From Ignavibacteriota bacterium (GTDB lineage: Bacteria > Bacteroidota > Ignavibacteria > UBA10030), in the NCBI GenBank assembly GCA_963790045.1, contig CAWBMS010000008.1:133126-197125 (forward strand): a DNA stretch of 64,000 bases. The letters run 5' to 3'. Position numbers and translations under genes: made by a program. The notes under the pieces were generated by a model that saw nothing but the letters and a program-made list of their open reading frames with translations, searched no databases and was not told where the DNA came from. How positions within the stretch are numbered: the first letter of the stretch is position 1; each line of letters begins with the position of its first letter. Shown piece after piece: positions 51,850-61,394 of the stretch.

Positions 51850-52515
51850 CTACATATAACTTTTTCGTGAGGGGCATATATTTGCTAATCTGCATTGACC
51901 GCATAGCGGCTTCCGCGCATTGCAAGTTTTTCGTCCATGCAAAATTAAAAGATTGCTGAAAAGGTACCAATCTTTTTTCGGAATGATCTTCAACAAATCC
52001 TGTTCAACTTTTTCGGGCGTATCTTCTGCCGTTAATCCGAGTCGCTTTGAGAGACGCAGAACATGCGTATCGACAACGATGCCGCTTTGAATGCCGAACG
52101 CTCCTCCGAGAACGCAATTTGCCGTCTTGCGCCCCACGCCGGGCAATTGCAAAAGTTCTTCCATCGTTTGCGGAACCGTACTGCCGAACTTTTCCATAAT
52201 TGTTTGTGCCGCACCGATAATGTTTTTTGCTTTGTTGTGGTAAAAGCCGGTGGATTTAATGTCCATCTCCAATTCATGCCGCTCGGCATGCGCAAAATAT
52301 TTTACAGTAGGGTATTTTGCAAAGAGCGCGGGCGTCACCATATTCACTCTCACATCGGTACATTGTGCGGAGAGAATGGTGGATATTAAAAGTTCCAATG
52401 GATTGGAAAATTGCAGCGCCGTTTTGGCTTCGGGAAATTCTTTCTTCAACTGTTTGAGAATTTCCTTTTCACGCTCTCCATTCTTTTCCTGATAAACCTT
52501 CGGCATATCAACCAA
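51850..52515 (-). CDS. nth: endonuclease III
   Basis: It has the HhH-GPD motif LPGVGRKTANCVL and a C-x6-C-x2-C-x5-C 4Fe-4S cluster. Confidence 0.9.
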   Translation of the reverse strand: MVDMPKVYQEKNGEREKEILKQLKKEFPEAKTALQFSNPLELLISTILSAQCTDVRVNMVTPALFAKYPTVKYFAHAERHELEMDIKSTGFYHNKAKNIIGAAQTIMEKFGSTVPQTMEELLQLPGVGRKTANCVLGGAFGIQSGIVVDTHVLRLSKRLGLTAEDTPEKVEQDLLKIIPKKDWYLFSNLLILHGRKTCNARKPLCGQCRLANICPSRKSYM

Positions 52516-53419
52516 GAATTTCTTTGGAGAATGCGTATTCGATTGTTACTGGAATTTTATTTTTCTTCACGGCTTTTATGAAATACGCAGCTGTCTCTTG
52601 CAGCAATATTTTATCTTTTCCGCGAAGGGTTAAGCGGAACTCTAATTCATCCCCGATGCCTAATTTCCTCTGCCATAACGAGACATGTGAAAGTTTTGCA
52701 TCCGTCAGAATATCGGAAAGAATCGATGTGGCGCCGGATTTTATTTCTTCATACGTTCCATTCGTTTTGCTGAATGCGACACTCAATTCTGTCTTTTCGT
52801 GAGTTCGAACCAATTCATTTTTAGAGTAAAGGAGATTGAAGACTGTGAATTTTGCACCGCTGAACACACGGAGATGTTTCCCATGCGCGCCAGCTCGAAT
52901 GCCGATTCTACTTTTTATAATAAATTCAAGAATATCAAGATTCGAACCGCCTTCAAAAATAAAAAAAGATTCATGCACATCTTTTGCAGGAAACTCTAAA
53001 TTGCGCAAAAACTTTCTTCCAGCCGTGATCCATTTATTGAATCCCGCTTCCGCGCTGTCGAACAAAAGTTCCTGCTCTGAAGAAGATGCGACACCATAGG
53101 ATATTTTCGGCAGCAGCTGCTCCGATATTTGACTTACCTGATCGCCGATAATTTGTTCAATGTCAGATGTATCAGACTGGATCGGCGTTGAAAGAAATTG
53201 AGAAAGCGCACCGCGCATAGTCTGCACGGTCTTTGATTTCACATCGGCAAGATGGGCACTCCATTCCTGTTGAATCTTTTGTGATTCTTCATGAACGGCT
53301 TCGTGCAGTTGAAGAATTGTCCGAACATATTCTTTATTGGTAACATTTTTACCGGGGTAATGCAAGACCGAATAACCAATCACCGGAATTTCTGTCGATA
53401 ACACGTTATAGATGCTCAT
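52508..53419 (-). CDS. hypothetical protein
   Basis: It is a 303-aa ORF in an operon-like arrangement with nth. I cannot confidently assign a family. Confidence 0.4.
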   Translation of the reverse strand: MSIYNVLSTEIPVIGYSVLHYPGKNVTNKEYVRTILQLHEAVHEESQKIQQEWSAHLADVKSKTVQTMRGALSQFLSTPIQSDTSDIEQIIGDQVSQISEQLLPKISYGVASSSEQELLFDSAEAGFNKWITAGRKFLRNLEFPAKDVHESFFIFEGGSNLDILEFIIKSRIGIRAGAHGKHLRVFSGAKFTVFNLLYSKNELVRTHEKTELSVAFSKTNGTYEEIKSGATSILSDILTDAKLSHVSLWQRKLGIGDELEFRLTLRGKDKILLQETAAYFIKAVKKNKIPVTIEYAFSKEILG

Positions 53420-53455
53420 AATTTATTCTCTTCCCTGTCTATTTATAAAACTAAG

Positions 53456-55204
53456 TTACGCTTCTTTGAAGTATTTATCAACTGCCTCTGCAGAGATTGT
53501 GTTTAGCACATCGCTTGCTTCAAGCCAGCCCTTGCGTGCAATGCCGATGCCGTATTGTACATCGCGCAATCCTTCCGTATTATGTGCATCAGGATTGATG
53601 GCGATGCGAACGCCTTTTTCTTTTGCGAACTTTACATACCGCCAATCGAGGTCCAATCGCATTGGATGCGCGTTGATCTCGATACATTTTCCAAGATCAC
53701 CTGCGACAGAAATAATTTCGTTGAGATTCAACGGATACGCTTCTCGTTCCAGCAATAATCGTCCTGTCGGATGCCCGAGCATCGTGACATATTTGTTTTT
53801 TAATGCTTTCACGATACGCTGCGTTGCTTCTGCTTCCGTCATTTTAAATTTACTATGGATCGATGCAACGACATAATCAAACTGCGCCAGCAACGTATCA
53901 TCATAATCCATGGAACCATCAGGCAAAATATCGCATTCCACTCCGGCAAAAATTCGGAAACCGTTTACTTGTTCATTAAGCTTTGCAATGGTTTGTATCT
54001 GTGCACGCGCTCGTTCAGGTTTCAAACCTCGTGCATACGCTGCCGCCTGACTGTGATCGGCAATGCCAAGATATTCCCATCCGATTTGTTTTGCAGCATT
54101 CACCATTTCTTCCAGCGAATTATTACCGTCGCTGCTTGTTGTATGGCAATGGAACGTTCCGCGCAAATCTTTTTCTTCAATAAGTTTTGGAATATTTTTC
54201 TTTTTTGCTGCTTCGATCTCTCCAGTATTCTCACGCAGTTCAGGCGGAACAAATTCCAATTTCAAAGCAGCATATATATCTGCTTCGTTCTTGCAAACAG
54301 GAAGCTTTTGGGCTTTGCGTTTTTCTGATAGATCAGCAATCATTGAAAAATTGTATTCGTTCAAACTCCAGCCAAACATTCGAGCAAGGGATCGCATTTC
54401 TACATTATGCTCTTTGCTGCCCGTAAAATAATTTAATGCAAATGGAAACTCTTTTTCTTGTACCACGCGCAAGTCACAATGAATTCCTGATTTGAGTATC
54501 ACGCTTGACTTGGTATCGCCTGCCGCAATCGTACTTGCCACATCGGGATGTGAAAGAAATGTTTGAAAGATAATTTTGCGATCTTTTTCTTCCGCCGTAA
54601 TTAAAATATCAATATCGCCAATAATTTCTTTTCGTCGCCGCAAACTGCCGGCAATTTCACATTGCTTTACTTGCTTTAATGCTTTTAGAGCAGCGACAAC
54701 CCTATCGGCGGCATCTTTTGCTTTGGGATAGAGAAATTTATCGCTGGAATGCTCAAGATGTTCGATACCTTTCAAGATGTTTGTTTCTGTCTTTTCTCCA
54801 AAACCTTCGACCTTGAGCAAACGATGTTCAAGGCATGCAGTTTTCAAATCGCTAATCGATTGAATTTTTAATTTCTCGAAAAGCACTTTGACCTTCTTAG
54901 GCCCCAGCCCCTGAATGCGCAGCATTTCTAAAACGCCTTTTGGAAAACTTGCGCGCAGTTCTTCATATTGTTGAGAGTGCTCTTTCGTGTAAAGATCGGT
55001 TATGATTTCCGATAATCCTGAACCGATGCCTTTTACCGATGTTAATTTTTTCTCGCCGATTAATTTGCCAAGGTCATCGGTCAACGATCCGATCACTTGT
55101 GCTGCATTATGATATGCGCGGGAACGAAACGGATTTTCGCCTTTGAGTTCCAAGAGCGTTCCCATTTCATCCAAGATGCCAGCTATTTCTTTTTTGTTCA
55201 TCAC
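53456..55204 (-). CDS. polX: DNA polymerase X family protein with a C-terminal PHP domain
   Basis: It has the N-terminal HhH/8-kDa domain (NPFRSRAYHNAA), pol beta-like palm motifs and PHP histidines. Confidence 0.85.
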   Translation of the reverse strand: MMNKKEIAGILDEMGTLLELKGENPFRSRAYHNAAQVIGSLTDDLGKLIGEKKLTSVKGIGSGLSEIITDLYTKEHSQQYEELRASFPKGVLEMLRIQGLGPKKVKVLFEKLKIQSISDLKTACLEHRLLKVEGFGEKTETNILKGIEHLEHSSDKFLYPKAKDAADRVVAALKALKQVKQCEIAGSLRRRKEIIGDIDILITAEEKDRKIIFQTFLSHPDVASTIAAGDTKSSVILKSGIHCDLRVVQEKEFPFALNYFTGSKEHNVEMRSLARMFGWSLNEYNFSMIADLSEKRKAQKLPVCKNEADIYAALKLEFVPPELRENTGEIEAAKKKNIPKLIEEKDLRGTFHCHTTSSDGNNSLEEMVNAAKQIGWEYLGIADHSQAAAYARGLKPERARAQIQTIAKLNEQVNGFRIFAGVECDILPDGSMDYDDTLLAQFDYVVASIHSKFKMTEAEATQRIVKALKNKYVTMLGHPTGRLLLEREAYPLNLNEIISVAGDLGKCIEINAHPMRLDLDWRYVKFAKEKGVRIAINPDAHNTEGLRDVQYGIGIARKGWLEASDVLNTISAEAVDKYFKEA

Positions 55205-56205
55205 GCAATAACTTTTTGTGCAGAAAATTTTTCGCGCCGTTCCATCAATTGCATTTTAAAATGATATAACGTGTCGATGATCGGTTGAGGTTCCGTGTAA
55301 TTCATCAATTCCTGCCGAACACGCGATGCGTTGGGAAAACCTTTTAAGTAACCGGAGTAATGTTTCCGAAATTCAAAAATCCCTTTTCGCTCTCCTTTGA
55401 GTTCTAACGAAAGCTGAAAATGTTCGATTAGCAATCGGAATCGTTCTTCGATTGAAGGGTCAAAAACACTTTGCGGATTTATCCGGTATTGTTTTGCTTG
55501 CTGAAATATCCATGGATTTTCTATCGCGCCTCGTCCAATCATGACGCCGTCACAGCCGGTCTCACGAAATGCTTGTTCAATTTTTTCCGATGTATCTAAT
55601 GATCCGTTGACGATAATTGGAATCGAGACGGCAGATTTTATTTTCGGAATCCAGCTAAAATCCGGATCGCCTGTATGAGCTTGCGTCCGTGTCCGGCAAT
55701 GGATCGTCAATGCCGCGATACCGGTCTGTTCCAGCATCTTTGCCACTTCCACAATGTGGATCGATTCCGCATCCCAGCCGAGGCGTGTTTTGACGGTTAC
55801 CGGCAGCTGAACCGTTTTTACAACAGCGGCAACAATTTTTTCCATTCGCGGAAGATCGCGCAGCAAATCGGAACCGGCGCCGTTGCCCACAACTTTACGC
55901 ACCCAGCATCCGCAATTAATGTCAATCAAGTCCGGGTGCATGCTTTCGGCAATTCGCGCTGCGCCCTCCATAGAATTTTCGATGCCACCGTAAATTTGAA
56001 TTCCGCATGGGCGTTCTTCGTCTGTAAAATTCATTTTCAATTTTGTTTTTTCTGAATCGCGTATCAATCCCTCGGAATTTACAAACTCGGTAAAGACCAC
56101 ATCGGCACCAAGCCGCTTGCATACAATACGGAATGCCCGATCTGTTACGTCCTCCATCGGCGCAAGCAATAACGGCTTATCGATATTATAAGAACCGATC
56201 TTCAT
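55201..56205 (-). CDS. dus: tRNA-dihydrouridine synthase
   Basis: It has LLAPMEDVTDRAFR and a TIM-barrel with a catalytic Cys region. Confidence 0.85.
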   Translation of the reverse strand: MKIGSYNIDKPLLLAPMEDVTDRAFRIVCKRLGADVVFTEFVNSEGLIRDSEKTKLKMNFTDEERPCGIQIYGGIENSMEGAARIAESMHPDLIDINCGCWVRKVVGNGAGSDLLRDLPRMEKIVAAVVKTVQLPVTVKTRLGWDAESIHIVEVAKMLEQTGIAALTIHCRTRTQAHTGDPDFSWIPKIKSAVSIPIIVNGSLDTSEKIEQAFRETGCDGVMIGRGAIENPWIFQQAKQYRINPQSVFDPSIEERFRLLIEHFQLSLELKGERKGIFEFRKHYSGYLKGFPNASRVRQELMNYTEPQPIIDTLYHFKMQLMERREKFSAQKVIA

Positions 56206-56303
56206 ACTGGAAAATATACAAAACCCCGCAGGCAGTTACAACTACTTGTTTGATAGATGGTAAATAATTTTAACGAACAAATAACTTTCGCGATGAAACG
56301 TGT

Positions 56304-57308
56304 TTATTTCTTTAAGACCGTTCGATAAAAATCTGTCTTATACTGAAGAATTTGTTTGCCGTATTCTTCGCGAACAAACACATAACATGCGGAACCAAGA
56401 AATGACAATAACAGCGATGTCAAGACGATGATACTGCGTTTGGGTTTATCCTTTTTCGCAGCCGGACGAGCATAATCCATCACGCTAATTAATGGAATAT
56501 TTTTTATTTCTTCGATCTTAATAATTTCATATTGTTTTTTCAATTCGGTGTACAGCGTCGTATTGATTTGCACTTCCCGCAACAATCGTTCCTGTTCCAA
56601 AATTAATTGCGGAGAAGATGCAATAATTCTATTGGTCTCTCGAAAATCTTTTAATCGATTTTCTGATTGCTCAAGATCGCTTTTAACTTCTGATAAACGA
56701 CCTTCAATAAACTTACGTTGCTCGGAGGCATTCGTTTTCTTTTTTGTGCGGATGAATTTATCTAATTCATTGATCACAGTATTGAGAATATCGGCGGATA
56801 ACTGCGGCTCATTCGTTTCTATTTCCAAACTAACGACATTTAATTTGATATTGCTGGAAACAGATAATCCATCCTGCAAACTTTTTAGTCCGATTTCATA
56901 ACACAGTTCCGGTGTTTTGGCTTTGATCTTCCAGTATTGAATCAGATCGACAGAATCTGCAAAAGCGTTTGTTTTATATTTTTTATAAAGAACGTTTTTT
57001 AGAACCGATTCACTTTTTATGATCGTCGGATATAATTTCACGATAGAAACATCGCCAGAGCTCACACCCGCCATCGCTGCAAGATCGGACAATCCGCCCA
57101 GTGACGAGAGTTTAGATTTATCGGTGTCCGGAAGAATCGTGGCAGTTGACTTAAAGGATTCGGGCAGCAACAGACTAATGATGACTGCGGCAACGGTTAT
57201 ACATCCGGTCACGATGCCGATAATTTTTTTCTGCGACCAAAGAATGGCCAAAAATTTCATGACATCAAAATTCATTTTCGATTGCTGTTGTTCGATTTCT
57301 TGATCCAT
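56304..57308 (-). CDS. polysaccharide chain-length determinant (Wzz-domain) protein
   Basis: It has two transmembrane helices flanking a coiled-coil periplasmic domain, and is adjacent to a Wza-like exporter. Confidence 0.7.
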   Translation of the reverse strand: MDQEIEQQQSKMNFDVMKFLAILWSQKKIIGIVTGCITVAAVIISLLLPESFKSTATILPDTDKSKLSSLGGLSDLAAMAGVSSGDVSIVKLYPTIIKSESVLKNVLYKKYKTNAFADSVDLIQYWKIKAKTPELCYEIGLKSLQDGLSVSSNIKLNVVSLEIETNEPQLSADILNTVINELDKFIRTKKKTNASEQRKFIEGRLSEVKSDLEQSENRLKDFRETNRIIASSPQLILEQERLLREVQINTTLYTELKKQYEIIKIEEIKNIPLISVMDYARPAAKKDKPKRSIIVLTSLLLSFLGSACYVFVREEYGKQILQYKTDFYRTVLKK

Positions 57309-57370
57309 TATTTTATTCTTTGACTAAATATATATAGTGATGGAATTCTCTTATACCGCTTCAATCTGTT

Positions 57371-59746
57371 CTATTTTGTGATTTGAATAATACCAACAAT
57401 CATCGTTGCAATGCTTGCCATTACCGTTGCCCATGATGTTAAAATCGGCAACGTTTTATCTTCCGTTTCAATTTTCTTCGGCACATAGACTGTACTTCCC
57501 CCCAAGATGTCTGGATTAGGAAAAAACCCCCAACTTGGTTCCCATTTGCGGCCGTTGGGTAAAGTTACAATTGTTTTTCCATCATCTGCATTATCGGTAT
57601 ATCCACCAGCTTGATGAATATAGTATTTCAAGCTCGCACCTTTTTTATAAACGACCGCAGCAGGAACAAATACTTCGCCTCTCACTAAAACCACATTTTG
57701 TTCCACAGGAATACTAATGATGTCTCCTTCCATCATCGTAATATTTTGAGATGATTCCGTATCTGCAAGGGCTTCTTTGAAATCAATTGGTACCAATCCC
57801 AAAGCTTTCCATCTTCGTATCATCGTTGCTCCCTCTAAATATGCACCGCTGCGTAAACCACCTGCACGTTTAATAAAGCTTGCCAAACGTTCACCTTCAC
57901 TTTGAATTACATACGCGCCGGGATACATTACATACCCTTGCATGGTGACTAATTGGGGTAAATTAAACTTAGGATTTGTCGGAACGACTACATGATCATA
58001 ATCCTTAAGATAAATCGGCCGATTCGATTGATCATCCCAGTAATGATCGGTAACATCAAATTTCCTGATGGTACTAAATTTCCCAAGGTGATCAGTATCA
58101 AGCTTGGCAAGTTCCCAGTTGTTTTTTGAGGCGCCATCCGTCAATCCTCCCGCCATAACGACGAGGTCTGTAACGGTCATACTATCCATACGGACATAAC
58201 TGCCGGGTTTTTGAACCGCTCCTGCAATAGACACAGTACGCTCTGGAAAGAAAAAGTTTTGATTATAGATTATTACTTCATCTTCCGATTCAAGTTCCAT
58301 ATTATTTTCAGGATCGTTCATCATGGCTTTGTTGAGATTGAACGGAAGTATCTCACGACGACGATTGGGCAATACGCGAGTAATATCGGCACGTTCACCA
58401 AATGTATCGCTGAGCAAACTATCTGCTTCGATGATCAAATCACGAATCTTCATCCCTTGGCATAGTTCAAAAGTTCCCGGCTTTTTTACATTCCCTGAAA
58501 TTTGAATTCGATTCTGTAAAAAATTATTGATCTTCAGCACCGAAACGATGTCACCATTTTCCAATTCGAACGTACTATTCAACAACGCATCGACGGAATT
58601 AAAGGGGACATCGATATCGAGAATGTTTTTAGAAAACAATTTCCTTTGCGCGAAAGGAATAATTCGTTCGACATGAATTCGATCGCTATATGCCTCGGCC
58701 TGCAATCCGCCTGCCATGGTGATGATATCCTTCAGAATTTCTTTGGATTTCATTTCATAGATTGCCGGATGGATGACGTCGCCGGTTAATGCCACACGTT
58801 TTCCAGCAGGATGCACAAATACGACATCGCCATCTTGCAAACGGATATCTTTGGATTTATCGCCGCGCAATGCATAATCATAAAAATCAATTTGTGAAAA
58901 TATTTTATTATTCCGGAGTACATCAATCGAACGAAGAGAGCCGTTCATCGTTGGGCCACCGGCAACATACAGAGCCAAAAACGATGTTGACATGGAAGAA
59001 ATAGCATATCCACCCGGCTTCGTTACTTCGCCCAATACAAAAACTTGAATGGTGCGCAACTTGCCTGTCGATACATCTAACCACGTATTGGCATTTGATG
59101 CACCGCCTCTTAATCCGGAATAAATTGCCGTCATGCGCTGCATCAACCGGCTTTTCAATGCTTCAATAGTTACGCCCTGAGCGACAACCGGACCGACATT
59201 GGGAATAACGATATTGCCTTCGCGGTTAATCGTCAATTGCAGATATAACTGTGTTTCTCCCCACATCGTTAAAAGTATTTCATCCCCCGGGCCTAAAAGA
59301 TAATTCGATGCCGTCGGTAAATTTAATACCGGCTCAAAAGTCGATGTTGGGAATTGAAAAATATTATACCCGAATGGCAATAGCTCTGCAGGTATATCCC
59401 TTCCTTCAAACCCCGGAACACTCAATGCCATCTTTTGTATTTCAGGTGTGTTTATAAGAAGACTATCTGCCTTATGTTTTTTCCCGACAGTAGAACTATC
59501 AAGCTCAGTTTGCGATTGACCGGCAGAATTTAAATACTGTTGGAGATATATTCCTAGTGCATTAGCTCTCTCTGTCGCTTCTTTTTCCGACATTCCCGCT
59601 TCTTTTATTTTTGTTCTTATCTGATCCGGCGGAGCAGCTTGAAGCTCTTGTTGTGCCTGTTGTTTTACTGCTTCTTTCTCTTGAGAAAAAGCAAAGGTAT
59701 AAAGTAAAATCGAGAAAAGAAGTAAAATATAAAATTGTTTTTTCAT
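57371..59746 (-). CDS. polysaccharide export protein (Wza-like, multiple SLBB domains)
   Basis: It has a Poly_export N-terminal motif plus repeated SLBB beta-grasp units, and is 791 aa long. Confidence 0.8.
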   Translation of the reverse strand: MKKQFYILLLFSILLYTFAFSQEKEAVKQQAQQELQAAPPDQIRTKIKEAGMSEKEATERANALGIYLQQYLNSAGQSQTELDSSTVGKKHKADSLLINTPEIQKMALSVPGFEGRDIPAELLPFGYNIFQFPTSTFEPVLNLPTASNYLLGPGDEILLTMWGETQLYLQLTINREGNIVIPNVGPVVAQGVTIEALKSRLMQRMTAIYSGLRGGASNANTWLDVSTGKLRTIQVFVLGEVTKPGGYAISSMSTSFLALYVAGGPTMNGSLRSIDVLRNNKIFSQIDFYDYALRGDKSKDIRLQDGDVVFVHPAGKRVALTGDVIHPAIYEMKSKEILKDIITMAGGLQAEAYSDRIHVERIIPFAQRKLFSKNILDIDVPFNSVDALLNSTFELENGDIVSVLKINNFLQNRIQISGNVKKPGTFELCQGMKIRDLIIEADSLLSDTFGERADITRVLPNRRREILPFNLNKAMMNDPENNMELESEDEVIIYNQNFFFPERTVSIAGAVQKPGSYVRMDSMTVTDLVVMAGGLTDGASKNNWELAKLDTDHLGKFSTIRKFDVTDHYWDDQSNRPIYLKDYDHVVVPTNPKFNLPQLVTMQGYVMYPGAYVIQSEGERLASFIKRAGGLRSGAYLEGATMIRRWKALGLVPIDFKEALADTESSQNITMMEGDIISIPVEQNVVLVRGEVFVPAAVVYKKGASLKYYIHQAGGYTDNADDGKTIVTLPNGRKWEPSWGFFPNPDILGGSTVYVPKKIETEDKTLPILTSWATVMASIATMIVGIIQITK

Positions 59747-59763
59747 AGGTTGACCGATAAATA

Positions 59764-60270
59764 TTATTTTTGAGATACTTTTTTAAACTGCTTTATTAGA
59801 GCAGCCAGTGTTGTCTCGATAGATTCCGAGACTATTTTCACATCGGCGAGCACCGGCATAAAATTCGCGTCGCCATTCCATCTTGGCACGACATGAAAAT
59901 GAATATGCTTGTCGATGCCGGCACCCGCTACTCTGCCGATATTCGCGCCGACGTTAAATCCTTCCGGATGGCTAACGGCTTTCAGTGCTGTGATGCATTG
60001 TGTTATGACCTTCATACATTCAAGCTGCTCGTTGTCTTCAAAATCTTCCATCGATGATGTGTGCCGGTACGGAACAACCATCACATGCCCGCTGTTGTAC
60101 GGAAACCGATTCATCACCACAAAACAAGATTGTCCCCGCCAAACGATTAAATTTTTCACATCGTTCTTTTTATCTTTTGCAATAGAACAAAAAAGACACC
60201 GATCCTTTTTCTTCTTTTCATTAAACGTTTTGATATAGGCCGAACGCCACGGCGAAAATATTTTCTTCAC
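59764..60270 (-). CDS. HIT-family (histidine triad) nucleotide hydrolase/phosphorylase
   Basis: It has the HIT motif HIHFHVVPR. Confidence 0.8.
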   Translation of the reverse strand: MKKIFSPWRSAYIKTFNEKKKKDRCLFCSIAKDKKNDVKNLIVWRGQSCFVVMNRFPYNSGHVMVVPYRHTSSMEDFEDNEQLECMKVITQCITALKAVSHPEGFNVGANIGRVAGAGIDKHIHFHVVPRWNGDANFMPVLADVKIVSESIETTLAALIKQFKKVSQK

Positions 60271-60395
60271 GAACGTTTCATCTTCACATGGTTGTGCATC
60301 ATAGCTCTATCAATGAACGTGGAGTTTCGTTTTATTGAATTTTATATTTCAATATAGGAAACATCTTGTTCGTATTCAAGAAAATCAAAATCGAT

Positions 60396-61394
60396 CTAAA
60401 ATTCTACTTGAAGATTCATGGTGTATGCCAGTTCCACATGATAGCCATCGACATTTCTCGGTTGAACACCTGAAGATGCATGTAATGTTGAATTGAGATG
60501 CGCTGCATTCCATGCTGCTTCTAATGCATTCAACACATGGTTGGCTACGAGGATATAAGACATTGACGATGCAATATTATAATAATTATTTGCATCACCG
60601 CGCATATTCCGGTAATAAAGAAAATGTGGCGTTACCTTATCATTGACAACATCCACATTCGTAAGAGTAGGTATTCCGTTTGACCATGCATCATCCCATC
60701 CGCCGGCAAATTGCGGATACTTGCCAATGAGTTCATAATATTGTTGCTGCGGGCGCAACGGCAACTGATGTGAAAACCCGGTGACAACATTATCGGAATT
60801 ACCCCCGATCAACGTTTCGCATTGATTCAATGCATTCCAATTTACCAATTCCCATGGGGGAAGAGAACTTGCAGCATAACCATCTTTCAATATGGCACCA
60901 TTGTTGGATACCGCTGTTGAATAATATGTGGGATAATAATACTGGATCCATTTAACATATCTTACTACGGAATATTTTGCATCTACATAAGATCCATTAA
61001 CATATCCATCGGCATAATTTTGGAAATCCTGCGTTTGTTGATCTCCTTTGTTTGTATATTTGGAGTAAAGAATCCACAATGCTACTTCGGCGCCGGCAAA
61101 CAAGGCGCTTTGCAAATAACTTTTTGTATAAAATTGTCCTGCTCCGGGAATAACAGCAGAATATAACCCGGCACGCATGGGCGAATATCGATTGTGATGT
61201 TGAGCAATATGACTGCTGTCAATATTGCTTAACAATGAATTTGCATCCGGCATCATCATCAAATCGGTGCGAAGATCGCCGGTATTGATTGATAAAGTCC
61301 CAGTTTCATTTTGGCCGAGATATTGTGCTTGCGCAGTTGAACAAGCCAGAATCAATATCACTGTGAGAACAAATAGAATTTTCGAGTGTTTCAT
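60396..61394 (-). CDS. hypothetical secreted protein, Tyr/Asn-rich
   Basis: It has a signal peptide MKHSKILFVLTVILILACSTAQA. Confidence 0.5.
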   Translation of the reverse strand: MKHSKILFVLTVILILACSTAQAQYLGQNETGTLSINTGDLRTDLMMMPDANSLLSNIDSSHIAQHHNRYSPMRAGLYSAVIPGAGQFYTKSYLQSALFAGAEVALWILYSKYTNKGDQQTQDFQNYADGYVNGSYVDAKYSVVRYVKWIQYYYPTYYSTAVSNNGAILKDGYAASSLPPWELVNWNALNQCETLIGGNSDNVVTGFSHQLPLRPQQQYYELIGKYPQFAGGWDDAWSNGIPTLTNVDVVNDKVTPHFLYYRNMRGDANNYYNIASSMSYILVANHVLNALEAAWNAAHLNSTLHASSGVQPRNVDGYHVELAYTMNLQVEF